64,000 bases of DNA from a virus, in IMG/VR virus record IMGVR_UViG_3300020404_000180, positions 24,339 through 88,338 of that record, one strand, 5' to 3'. The notes beneath the pieces were generated by a model that made no database searches, was not told the DNA's origin, and was given only the letters and a program-made list of their open reading frames with translations. Position numbers and translations under genes: made by a program. Every line of letters begins with the position of its first letter. The first letter of the stretch is position 1. Below are positions 50,173 through 57,760 of the stretch, piece by piece.

Positions 50173-50448
50173 ATGACTATGCCAGCAATCGCAATCCAAA
50201 AGAACCTCCCACTAGAAAGAGACTATAACGGGTGGTTTAACTGGTCAACATGGAACGCTGCTCTCTGGATTAACAACGATCAGGGCATGCAAGAAATGTT
50301 TCAAGATTTCGACACATACAAAGATTTCGTATACTTCATGGTTAACGAGATGAACTGTAAAGCGACCCCAGATGGGGCGTTATGGTCTGACGCTGACGAG
50401 TCTGAAATGCAAGAGATGCTTGATGAATTAAAAGACGGGGACTACTAA
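50173..50448 (+). CDS. Early hypothetical protein
   Basis: YNGW.NW.TWNAALWINND...TPDG..W.D motif common in phage early genes. Confidence 0.75.
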   Translation: MTMPAIAIQKNLPLERDYNGWFNWSTWNAALWINNDQGMQEMFQDFDTYKDFVYFMVNEMNCKATPDGALWSDADESEMQEMLDELKDGDY

Positions 50449-50542
50449 GTCCCTGTTACATTTTATACATTGTATAATATGTACATAGACCTACCTATCC
50501 AAATCCTTTATAATAAGGATAACAAACAAACACATTTACATT

Positions 50543-50692
50543 ATGAGTTGTCTAGCAAACGAATCAATCCTAGAATCATTATTTGAAGAATGCCTAGCAA
50601 AACTAGAAGAAGCAGGGCATGACATTAACAGCACAAATGCTCAAGCGGTTGCCGCGATAAGAGCACAGCAAATCTTCGAGGAGATGGGTTAA
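50543..50692 (+). CDS. Early hypothetical protein (49 aa)
   Basis: Not in the ORF track: MSCLANESILESLFEECLAKLEEAGHDINSTNAQAVAAIRAQQIFEEMG. Follows TATAAT (50509-14) and has a TAATG overlap with the next ORF. Confidence 0.65.
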   Translation: MSCLANESILESLFEECLAKLEEAGHDINSTNAQAVAAIRAQQIFEEMG

Positions 50693-50928
50693 TGATACAA
50701 GAGTTCATCGATTACGTCTGTTCGTTCTATCTACCAACAGACCCTGAGGTCCTCTACCCTATCCAAGGGTTAAAACGTTCACACGTTCAGAGAGCGACAG
50801 AGGACTACTTAACCCTATGCCTTGATGAGTCCTTAACTAATATCACATGGGGCAACGGGGACTCTCTCGACAGAGAAAGAGTCCGTGACATTCTTTTAAA
50901 TCAGTACAATTTCACATCAGGTTGGTAA
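50692..50928 (+). CDS. Early hypothetical protein with a GDSLD motif
   Basis: FIDYV.SFY...LYP...GDSLDRERVRD. GGAG RBS. Confidence 0.7.
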   Translation: MIQEFIDYVCSFYLPTDPEVLYPIQGLKRSHVQRATEDYLTLCLDESLTNITWGNGDSLDRERVRDILLNQYNFTSGW

Positions 50929-50930
50929 TT

Positions 50931-51095
50931 ATGCGAACAACACCCAAAGAAAAAACCATTATAAAACTCATGGAAATGGTCATCGATACGCTCTCTACGT
51001 GTGATGACCTTTCTGACCCTGCCTTTAGCATGTATTACACTATGAAAGATGCTGTATTGCATGAGGTCATATACCCTATGGAGAAAAATCTATAA
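50931..51095 (+). CDS. Early hypothetical protein (54 aa)
   Basis: Not in the ORF track: MRTTPKEKTIIKLMEMVIDTL...PMEKNL. Fills the gap in the operon. Confidence 0.5.
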   Translation: MRTTPKEKTIIKLMEMVIDTLSTCDDLSDPAFSMYYTMKDAVLHEVIYPMEKNL

Positions 51096-51229
51096 TGGAA
51101 GAATCATTATGGGAACATGCCACGGACAAGGCACATGAGATGATGAAACATCGAACAGACCTAGACCCAGAGACGTTTGACTATCAGATTCTATACTGGA
51201 CTAAAAAAATCTTTCAACAATTATCATGA
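51095..51229 (+). CDS. Early hypothetical protein (44 aa)
   Basis: Not in the ORF track: MEESLWEHATDKAHEMM...FQQLS. TAATG and ATGA couplings on the two sides. Confidence 0.55.
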   Translation: MEESLWEHATDKAHEMMKHRTDLDPETFDYQILYWTKKIFQQLS

Positions 51230-51459
51230 ACACAATTAAACTAACAGACGTCGAACTAGTTGCCCTAGCGGTTCTATTCGAGGGACAAAACGAAATCAGT
51301 TGCGAATCACGTGCCAACGACGATGCATACCCTAACGGTAGACCACAGAGTCCAGAGGAAATAATCCTCGACAAGATAAGTGCAAAGGTTTCTACCCTAC
51401 TATGGAACCCTAAAAACAAAATTAATGTAGGTAAAATCTTAACTCAACTACGCAAATGA
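51226..51459 (+). CDS. Early hypothetical protein
   Basis: ATGA-coupled at both ends. Confidence 0.65.
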   Translation: MNTIKLTDVELVALAVLFEGQNEISCESRANDDAYPNGRPQSPEEIILDKISAKVSTLLWNPKNKINVGKILTQLRK

Positions 51460-51677
51460 ATTACAACTCAGCTGACTCAATTGGTATCGGTGACCACGTG
51501 ACCTACAAGGGGACGGAATACTGTGTGTTAATTAACTATGTCAAGGGTGACACAGACCGCACAGGGTATACATCTCCAGATAACTGGACAGTATTAATTG
51601 ACGATGACGGGAACCGTACCACGTGCTATGACTATAGACAGTTAGTGCCAGTACACAAACTGGTACAAGACATTTAA
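51456..51677 (+). CDS. Early hypothetical protein (SH3-like beta pattern)
   Basis: IGIGDHVTYKG..Y.V. The 3' end runs into the palindrome at 51645. Confidence 0.6.
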   Translation: MNYNSADSIGIGDHVTYKGTEYCVLINYVKGDTDRTGYTSPDNWTVLIDDDGNRTTCYDYRQLVPVHKLVQDI

Positions 51678-51702
51678 AAAACCTCTCAGGCGTTGCTATA
51701 AT
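51645..51702 (+). promoter_or_regulatory. Early promoter: palindrome plus TATAAT
   Basis: gtgccagtacacaaactggtac (51645-66), 30 nt, TATAAT (51697-702). Confidence 0.7.
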
Positions 51703-51797
51703 AAGAATAACAATCGAGAGAGGTTCGGGGTAGGACTGATGACGATAAACATTCGTCACCAACCCTGCCAGATATTTTTAACAGTGTCAGTGCGACC

Positions 51798-51980
51798 CTA
51801 TTCTACAGGGTCAGGCACATAGTAACAGAGACCTTCCAAAATATAGTAGTCACATAACTTCCGATACTTAGGGTATCGACTCAGTGTCTCAGTGTCTAGT
51901 AGTCCCTGTGCGAGGTCAATAGATGACTGCCAAGTACCAGTAGTCTCATATGAGTCTACTAAGGACTCTATACTACTCAT
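51798..51980 (-). CDS. Hypothetical protein (start MSSIESL)
   Basis: GGAGG RBS upstream of the internal ATG. Confidence 0.6.
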   Translation of the reverse strand: MSSIESLVDSYETTGTWQSSIDLAQGLLDTETLSRYPKYRKLCDYYILEGLCYYVPDPVE

Positions 51981-52143
51981 GTAAATCCTCCATAATGGTG
52001 TGATCATAGTGTATACGATTTTTATTAGATAAGTGATCTAAGTAACCAGAACTGTATAAATCGTCAAATTCTGCCAGTTCTTTCTTTTTTTGTGAAAATG
52101 AACCTTTTTTGGTGTTACCTCTGTAATCCCAACTTTTACCCAT
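51973..52143 (-). CDS. Hypothetical protein (56 aa)
   Basis: Not in the ORF track: MGKSWDYRGNTKKGSFSQKKKELAEFDDLY...EDLHE. Fills the gap in the operon. Confidence 0.55.
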   Translation of the reverse strand: MGKSWDYRGNTKKGSFSQKKKELAEFDDLYSSGYLDHLSNKNRIHYDHTIMEDLHE

Positions 52144-52158
52144 TTTTCTGCTCTTTTG

Positions 52159-52413
52159 CTAGACTTCTGTGATTTGTACTAAATCTCCACTTTTTAACGA
52201 ATTGTTATAAAAACGTCCAAGTGAGAGACTCTCAGGGTCTTTGACAAAACCTTCCAGTTTCCCTAGAAGTTTTGAGTTTGCAGGTTTCCAAGCATACTCG
52301 TAAGTTTTCTCATTTCCTGAGAAATTTATGAAAACCTTGGATCCCTGCACGATTATTTTGTCGATGGCAGAACTTAAAGTTCCTATGTCGAATGTGTGTT
52401 TCTTTGAGGGCAT
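52159..52413 (-). CDS. KTSC-like domain protein
   Basis: SSAI..I....V.I.F....Y.Y...SLGRFYN pattern. AGGAG RBS. Confidence 0.55.
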   Translation of the reverse strand: MPSKKHTFDIGTLSSAIDKIIVQGSKVFINFSGNEKTYEYAWKPANSKLLGKLEGFVKDPESLSLGRFYNNSLKSGDLVQITEV

Positions 52414-52436
52414 GTGATTTGTTCTCCTTACACTTA

Positions 52437-52494
52437 ATTATAAGGGATTTTGCCAAAAAGGTCAAGATATGGTGGACACTAAACAAACTGTCAC
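52437..52494 (-). promoter_or_regulatory. Early promoter: palindrome plus TTGACC-N17-TATAAT
   Basis: Palindrome at 52473-94, -35 at 52460-65, -10 at 52437-42. Confidence 0.8.
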
Positions 52495-52920
52495 AGTCCT
52501 CCTTGACATCTCGTAGTCCGTCCGCTAAGACCCACTGACTCCAACTAGATTGACCGCCCAGATATATTTTTTAAAACATTTCCAAAATACTATGAAAATG
52601 ACTATACATTCTCCCATATTACCTTGACACGTTGCGGAGATGTACGATATAATAGGAAATATGTGGGTATTTGGTATAAAATGATACAAAAATACCCTGC
52701 GGAATCTCTGCGTCCACTCCATACAGACTCAGAGCAGCATCTACTTAGAGTCTATAGAGATTCTTTGAGGTCTTGGCAAGTGGATAGAAAAAAATCCGCT
52801 GCGTCTGCGATATCCTCTGAGGATTGAGTGAATTCATTACAAAATTCATAGACTTTACTGTCTAATGAGATACCTCTATGAGATATTGAAAGAAGGCATT
52901 CTCTCCTCCTGTCTAACATA

Positions 52921-53151
52921 CTATCTTCCACGACTACCTACCTTTAATAGTTCTTTATTTGTAGTCCCATATGTAGTGAATACCTTAGCGTCGTCGATTG
53001 CTTGACGTTCATGGTTGAAAGGACCGTATGATATGTCTACTGATTCATATGACCAGTATGTACCTTTACGTGCTTCGTGTAGGTTGATGATAATATCCGT
53101 ATCATGGACGTTATCATGGAATTGTACTCGTTTGGAAATTGTGTTAGACAT
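52921..53151 (-). CDS. Hypothetical protein
   Basis: G.YWSY....GPF.....A..DA motif; coupled to the upstream ORF. Confidence 0.65.
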   Translation of the reverse strand: MSNTISKRVQFHDNVHDTDIIINLHEARKGTYWSYESVDISYGPFNHERQAIDDAKVFTTYGTTNKELLKVGSRGR

Positions 53152-53374
53152 CTTGTGTACGTGGGTGAATGTGTTTCCATTGTAGTGGTGGGACGACTAC
53201 GTTAACCTCCCGCCATGGTGAGACAGCATGTTCTGCTTCCTCTGGAGTCTTCAATGTCCTATGCTTGCATACTACTATGTAGTGTGAAGATACGAATTTT
53301 ATGAAGGCATCGTCGCTACCATCGTATGATACGAGGTCACCGACGTTAAAGGGGATAGAGTCTTTTCTAGGCAT
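53144..53374 (-). CDS. Hypothetical protein (SH3-like)
   Basis: FNVGDLVSY.G...FIKFV...YI.VC. Confidence 0.65.
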   Translation of the reverse strand: MPRKDSIPFNVGDLVSYDGSDDAFIKFVSSHYIVVCKHRTLKTPEEAEHAVSPWREVNVVVPPLQWKHIHPRTQDV

Positions 53375-53572
53375 TTAACCAAAACCGTATCCCTTATTTA
53401 ACGATGTTCTCTCTGCGTACAATTCTCTCAATGAACGTTTTAGGTGACGTATCTCTTCATCATTGTATAGTTCTGGTTGTTTAAGAGCATTCTTAATACC
53501 CTTAATCTGCTTGGTGATGTCACCAGTTGTAATAGGTTGCATGTTGTTTGGATTGTTGGGATTAAGTTTCAC
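53375..53572 (-). CDS. Hypothetical protein
   Basis: ALK.PELY..EEI..LKR.LREL...KG.G motif. Confidence 0.65.
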   Translation of the reverse strand: MKLNPNNPNNMQPITTGDITKQIKGIKNALKQPELYNDEEIRHLKRSLRELYAERTSLNKGYGFG

Positions 53573-53575
53573 ATT

Positions 53576-53779
53576 CTAAAATGGGCAGTCGTCAGGTACA
53601 ACAAACTCTGGTGTTTCTCCTCCTAACCACTTGGCACGTTGCTCGTCTTGCCATTTCATGTGCTCAACACGCTTCAGCATTTCATCGATATGCTCACGTC
53701 GTTGCATTTCTTTGGTGGTCAGTTCCTTCTCGTACTGATACTCAGTCCATACAAGGTCATAATAAAGTTTGTTTGACAA
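53576..53779 (-). CDS. Hypothetical protein (likely TTG start, MSNKLYY)
   Basis: AGGAG RBS precedes the TTG at 53779. The track ATG at 53845 lies inside a hairpin. Confidence 0.55.
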   Translation of the reverse strand: MSNKLYYDLVWTEYQYEKELTTKEMQRREHIDEMLKRVEHMKWQDEQRAKWLGGETPEFVVPDDCPF

Positions 53780-53829
53780 GATGTGCTCCTGTAAAAATGG
53801 GTGGACGAAAACAAAACTCAATCTTAGTA

Positions 53830-53978
53830 ACGTGGGACTACTCATCTAAGTTTCACTTAGGAGTCCAAATTTACGCTATGGGAATCGCTTACACCTGTAC
53901 CCCTACTGCTGCCATATAGGACTTAACGTTCGGGCATAGCAACCAACTGAGTTAACTAGGGTTGGTTTGTTTTCGTTA
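53830..53978 (-). ncRNA. Candidate structured ncRNA or long 5' leader
   Basis: Immediately downstream of TATAAT (53984-89), with three or more stems (see findings). Confidence 0.45.
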
Positions 53979-53983
53979 TACTT

Positions 53984-54041
53984 ATTATAACGCATCCATA
54001 TCTCTTTGTCTACCCTTACGTGATGGTTTCTTAACTGTCAC
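53984..54041 (-). promoter_or_regulatory. Early promoter: palindrome plus TATAAT
   Basis: gtgacagttaagaaaccatcac (54041-54020), 30 nt, TATAAT. Confidence 0.7.
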
Positions 54042-54146
54042 ATCGAACTCCCTTGTAGAGTATGAGCTAGGATATGATTTCAGTATAAACAATGCAATAG
54101 CAGCACCTACGGAAGATGCTCCTAAAACAATCAAGAATAAAGGCAT
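53985..54146 (-). CDS. Small membrane protein (53 aa)
   Basis: Not in the ORF track: MPLFLIVLGASSVGAAIALFILKS...DMDAL. Downstream of TTGACT-N17-TATAAT (54170-54198). Confidence 0.55.
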   Translation of the reverse strand: MPLFLIVLGASSVGAAIALFILKSYPSSYSTREFDVTVKKPSRKGRQRDMDAL

Positions 54147-54154
54147 TCGTACTA

Positions 54155-54742
54155 TTAATATCTACTAGTATTATATGATATATTTGGTGAACAGTCAAGT
54201 ATCTCCTGTAGTGTGAACAGTGATACTAATTCTAGATTATTTGCTTCCATAAACTCATCTGCTTCCTTATCCTCCTGCCTATCAACGATGCATACAATAC
54301 GATTGACTTCATATCCCATGTCACGTAGTCTTGTCGCTGCTTTGATTGCACTACCTCCTGTGGTGATAACATCTTCCAATACTGTCACCTTACTACCTAT
54401 GGGATGTATAGGTCCTTCAATCCATGCCTGTGTACCATGTCCTTTTGCTTCCTTGCGTACTATCAGTGCATCCAGTTCCTTTGATTCATATGCCACACCA
54501 CATACTAATGGGTCAGCACCTAGAGTTAACCCTGCGACTGCAACACTACCCTCCTCCACCTGTGCCAGTAGTAGTGTAGATGCTAGTTTGATACCACGAT
54601 TGCGTAGTATGATTGGTTTGCAGTTGAGGTAGTGCATCGATGTCTTGCCACTTGATAGTATGACATCGCCATGCTTATACCCATACTCCTTGAGGTATAT
54701 TTTTAATTCTTCTTGCATATACTCTAACATGGATACTTTCAT
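54155..54742 (-). CDS. pyrE: Orotate phosphoribosyltransferase
   Basis: LSSGK.S..Y, AGLTLGADPL, IVRKEAKGHGT...IEG and the PRPP-binding VLEDVITTGGS motif. Confidence 0.95.
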   Translation of the reverse strand: MKVSMLEYMQEELKIYLKEYGYKHGDVILSSGKTSMHYLNCKPIILRNRGIKLASTLLLAQVEEGSVAVAGLTLGADPLVCGVAYESKELDALIVRKEAKGHGTQAWIEGPIHPIGSKVTVLEDVITTGGSAIKAATRLRDMGYEVNRIVCIVDRQEDKEADEFMEANNLELVSLFTLQEILDCSPNISYNTSRY

Positions 54743-54894
54743 TAGTCTTGCTTTGGGTAGTAAACTTGTACAAATGATTCACATGTAGGACATGTGAGGT
54801 TAGTGACGATGCTATAGTCTTCTTCACAACCATAGTCTTCAGCATCGAAGTCTGAACCCCATATGAGTTCAGTATTGCAGTGCCAACAATTCAT
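54742..54894 (-). CDS. Small zinc-ribbon protein (50 aa)
   Basis: Not in the ORF track: MNCWHC...LIWGSDFD...LTCPTCES...YYPKQD (two CxxC). ATGA and TAATG couplings. Confidence 0.7.
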   Translation of the reverse strand: MNCWHCNTELIWGSDFDAEDYGCEEDYSIVTNLTCPTCESFVQVYYPKQD

Positions 54895-55136
54895 TTTCTC
54901 CTCCTACGTTCTTTAGTTACTAGGTTACGTGCCGACTCTTCGTTACGACAGAACTTTATCAGGTCGGACATATAGAATACTGCTAACTTTTTACCTCCTG
55001 CGGGTACAGCATAGTAACCATCCTCGGTAGCGAAACCGTATTTGGTGTCAGCATAGAACCTAGCGATTGCACGTAGTTCTTTCTTAGTCGGTAAGTCCGA
55101 TGTCTTTTTCTGTGTATTCATACCATGGGTGTTCAT
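54891..55136 (-). CDS. Hypothetical protein
   Basis: GF.T.DGYYAVP...CRN..SA motif. Confidence 0.6.
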   Translation of the reverse strand: MNTHGMNTQKKTSDLPTKKELRAIARFYADTKYGFATEDGYYAVPAGGKKLAVFYMSDLIKFCRNEESARNLVTKERRRRK

Positions 55137-55347
55137 AATGTGTTTTATCTTTTACTTTGTGTATGGACAAGTATGCGTCCTTGCCCCAACTATTCATGTG
55201 ACGTATACCACCGAATGATAGTTCCAAGTCCTTCTCGTCCCAACCTAGTTCATCTACCAGTTCCTTGCGGACATATATGTGTAGTTCTCCCTCCACATAC
55301 TTGTAGTCGAAATAGTCTTGGATGTTTGGTTTAATTTTTGGCATCAA
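55084..55347 (-). CDS. Hypothetical protein (AbrB-like pattern possible)
   Basis: ELHIYV.KELVDELGW...DLEL resembles the swapped-hairpin motif. Confidence 0.55.
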   Translation of the reverse strand: MMPKIKPNIQDYFDYKYVEGELHIYVRKELVDELGWDEKDLELSFGGIRHMNSWGKDAYLSIHKVKDKTHYEHPWYEYTEKDIGLTD

Positions 55348-55847
55348 TTGTAATGTAGACCCTCGTTATTTAGCAAGGACAGGTTACCTGACATTACTAC
55401 TCTATCGTGGTTACATGTGTGTGGTGGCACATAGTGTATATCATTACCATCAAAGATATGTAAATTACCTCTGTGTGGTGTGAATACTCGTAATGGTGGC
55501 ATCCAAGGATGCTCAGGGTCTGGAAATACTAGCGGAGAGCAATGAGGACAGGTATCCACAAACCAAACAAAAGACAAGTCAAACCCACTATGGTTATGAG
55601 TCTGAGCAAAGTCCCCCTGCTGATATGTGCATCCCCAGAGTTCTTCGACTTGGTGCTTTGGGTATAAGACATAAAGTTGACCTATTAGTTCATCAAAATC
55701 ATTTGAGCAACAGTGTACCATCCAATCAGTCACAGTTGCCTTGACTGAGGTACGACGTTCCTGTACATCCCCTAACTCATAGATTCTGTCTAATAGTTTA
55801 TGAGATGGGGCAACGTAAAACGTTTCTGTCTTAATGATTCGTTGCAT
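55344..55847 (-). CDS. 2OG-Fe(II) oxygenase superfamily protein
   Basis: W...Y..GD....HNH...S.VW.V....PLVF...G.L.IF....H.V.....RVVMSGN. Start taken as MQRII. Confidence 0.8.
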   Translation of the reverse strand: MQRIIKTETFYVAPSHKLLDRIYELGDVQERRTSVKATVTDWMVHCCSNDFDELIGQLYVLYPKHQVEELWGCTYQQGDFAQTHNHSGFDLSFVWFVDTCPHCSPLVFPDPEHPWMPPLRVFTPHRGNLHIFDGNDIHYVPPHTCNHDRVVMSGNLSLLNNEGLHYN

Positions 55848-56280
55848 ATTCTTTATATTTGGCGAAATAGACTTTCTCACGTTGGTAAGCATCTATCTCC
55901 CATGGTTCTTCACAATAATCTAATGGCGGTAGTTCTTTACCATGCCATTTGTTTATCATTTTTGTAGTACGAGGACAAAATGATACTTGATGCTCACCTC
56001 GTAACCGTTGCTCAAAATGTATGAGTTCGTGTATAAGAGTCGTGATGTACTCATCAAGTGACAATCTATTCTCAATTTCTATCTCAAAGAACCGTGGTTT
56101 CTTCAGTTGGTCGATAGTATGAATGCAACCATCCATCTTACGACCCCACAACCGCTTGTCTATAATATGGACAAACGTGTTGAAGCGACTGAGTTTACGA
56201 TACTCCAAGAACCATTTGACGATATGGCGAGCGACCCGCTTGCGACAGCGATACCCACCAAACGTGACATAACAAGACAT
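55831..56280 (-). CDS. HEXXH zinc metallopeptidase-like protein
   Basis: TLIHELIHFEQ...Y...PWEIDA. Confidence 0.75.
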   Translation of the reverse strand: MSCYVTFGGYRCRKRVARHIVKWFLEYRKLSRFNTFVHIIDKRLWGRKMDGCIHTIDQLKKPRFFEIEIENRLSLDEYITTLIHELIHFEQRLRGEHQVSFCPRTTKMINKWHGKELPPLDYCEEPWEIDAYQREKVYFAKYKEYATNH

Positions 56281-56364
56281 AATTGTGTGCCCCAGTGTAA
56301 AAAGTTGATGAATGAAAAAATAAAGACAAGTTTCTCAGTACCTGTCATGTTCTTAGCGTTCATA

Positions 56365-56568
56365 TTATCTAGTCTCCGTGTATACCATGCCGAGGTCAGC
56401 AGTGATTTCATTGCGTCTCTCTAGCATCTTCTCTAGTTTAGCATATAAACCTTTCTGGTCACTGCTATCTTGCATCATCAAACCCATCAAATATGATAAG
56501 TCTTTCTCTGTCAAAGGTGATTGAAATAAATCCATAGTTATGTGGTCTGGTGTGATTACTACTTCCAT
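56365..56568 (-). CDS. Hypothetical protein
   Basis: ORF track; alternative start MDLFQSP at 56535. Confidence 0.55.
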   Translation of the reverse strand: MEVVITPDHITMDLFQSPLTEKDLSYLMGLMMQDSSDQKGLYAKLEKMLERRNEITADLGMVYTETR

Positions 56569-57500
56569 ATTATAGCGGGTAATGGGGTCGGTACGCTATC
56601 TATGCGGTCAGTTTGTAAACTGGCATAGTCTTCATGCAACTCGCATCCAATATAGTGTCTACTATGTTTCTTAGCGACCATTGCAGTTGTACCTGACCCC
56701 ATGAAAGGGTCAAGTATTACATCACCCTCCTCGCTCCCTGCCAAGATACATGGTTCAATGAGGTCTGGTGGGAACACTGCGAAATGTGCTCCTTTGTACG
56801 GTTTATTTGTAATTGACCATACGGAACGTTTATTTCTCTTGGTGTATGATTTCTCAAGACCAGTATGTGGCTGTAACCCTGACCCTTCATTATGATATTT
56901 CCCTTGAGTCCTATCACGTGTGCCCCAGTCTTGCTTGACTGGTTCTTTGATTGCTTCGTTATCATAATAATACTTGCGTTGTTTGCTCAATAGAAACAGA
57001 TATTCATGTGACTTTGTACATCTGTCACGAACTGACTCTGGCATAGGATTAGGTTTATGCCATATAATATCCTGACGTAGATACCATCCATCAGCACGCA
57101 ATGCGAATGCTAACATCCATGGTATGCCTATCAGGTCTTTCTCTTTTAGTCCATCTAGTTTGTTACCTCTACGTGGACATGCCTGTGGTTGGTCACGTTC
57201 TGTTGATGATAAAGTTTGTTTAACCAGTGCTTGACCCTTGCCAGGTCTATAGTTATAATAACTATCACCTATGTTCACCCATAGTGTACCATCGTCAGTA
57301 AGACAGTCTCTAACCACTCTAAACACCTCTACAAGGTTCTCAATGAACTGTTCTGGTGTATCCTCCTGACCTATTTGATTCTTCTCTCCACCATAATCAC
57401 GCAGACCATAATAAGGCGGTGACGTTACGCACATCCTCGCCTTTGTATCCAGTGTTTTTAGTGTATCACGGCAGTCGCCAAACAAAATGGTATCTTTCAA
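56559..57500 (-). CDS. DNA methyltransferase, N4-C/N6-A family (beta group)
   Basis: TSPPY catalytic motif precedes the LDPFMGSGTT SAM-binding motif. IIWHKPN and HFAVFP also present. Confidence 0.92.
   Translation of the reverse strand: MKDTILFGDCRDTLKTLDTKARMCVTSPPYYGLRDYGGEKNQIGQEDTPEQFIENLVEVFRVVRDCLTDDGTLWVNIGDSYYNYRPGKGQALVKQTLSSTERDQPQACPRRGNKLDGLKEKDLIGIPWMLAFALRADGWYLRQDIIWHKPNPMPESVRDRCTKSHEYLFLLSKQRKYYYDNEAIKEPVKQDWGTRDRTQGKYHNEGSGLQPHTGLEKSYTKRNKRSVWSITNKPYKGAHFAVFPPDLIEPCILAGSEEGDVILDPFMGSGTTAMVAKKHSRHYIGCELHEDYASLQTDRIDSVPTPLPAIIWK
56569..56626 (-). promoter_or_regulatory. Early promoter: palindrome plus TATAAT, inside the MTase 3' end
   Basis: atgccagtttacaaactgaccg (56626-56605), 30 nt, TATAAT (56574-69). 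Confidence 0.7.
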
Positions 57501-57760
57501 TCGTTCAAATCCTTTAGTTTCTTCTCAACCCAATGGTCGTCATTGTTTATCCCTGCAGCTTCTACATAACGCAAGATATGTTGGTCTATTTGTTGGTAGA
57601 TAGGGTGTAAATCTAAGTCCATGTTGATGTCATGTGCGATTTGCGTTACCTGTGACTCTGTAAAACAGTGGTCAGGGTGTAGCAAATCACAACATGGGAC
57701 TCTCTTTTCTATTAATTCATTGAGATTAATTCTAATCTCATAGTCTCTGTAAACTGGCAT
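57497..57760 (-). CDS. Hypothetical protein
   Basis: ORF track; abuts both neighbours. Confidence 0.7.
   Translation of the reverse strand: MPVYRDYEIRINLNELIEKRVPCCDLLHPDHCFTESQVTQIAHDINMDLDLHPIYQQIDQHILRYVEAAGINNDDHWVEKKLKDLND

Noticed and set aside
46803-50484. TGTAT-N5-GTAC motifs as NtcA boxes
   Set aside because: The spacer is N7, not N8. Only the 49375 site fits NtcA.
51736-51770. CTGATGA suggesting a hammerhead ribozyme
   Set aside because: No GAAA follows a stem II, so the catalytic core cannot be completed.
52525-52827. Track ORFs 52525-52722 (-) and 52624-52827 (+)
   Set aside because: No RBS or motif. The plus-strand ORF begins at the -35 hexamer of a promoter.
53875-53940. GGUGUAAGC resembling twister/twister-sister cores
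   Set aside because: I could not build the required flanking stems or pseudoknots by eye. Kept only as an unassigned structured RNA.
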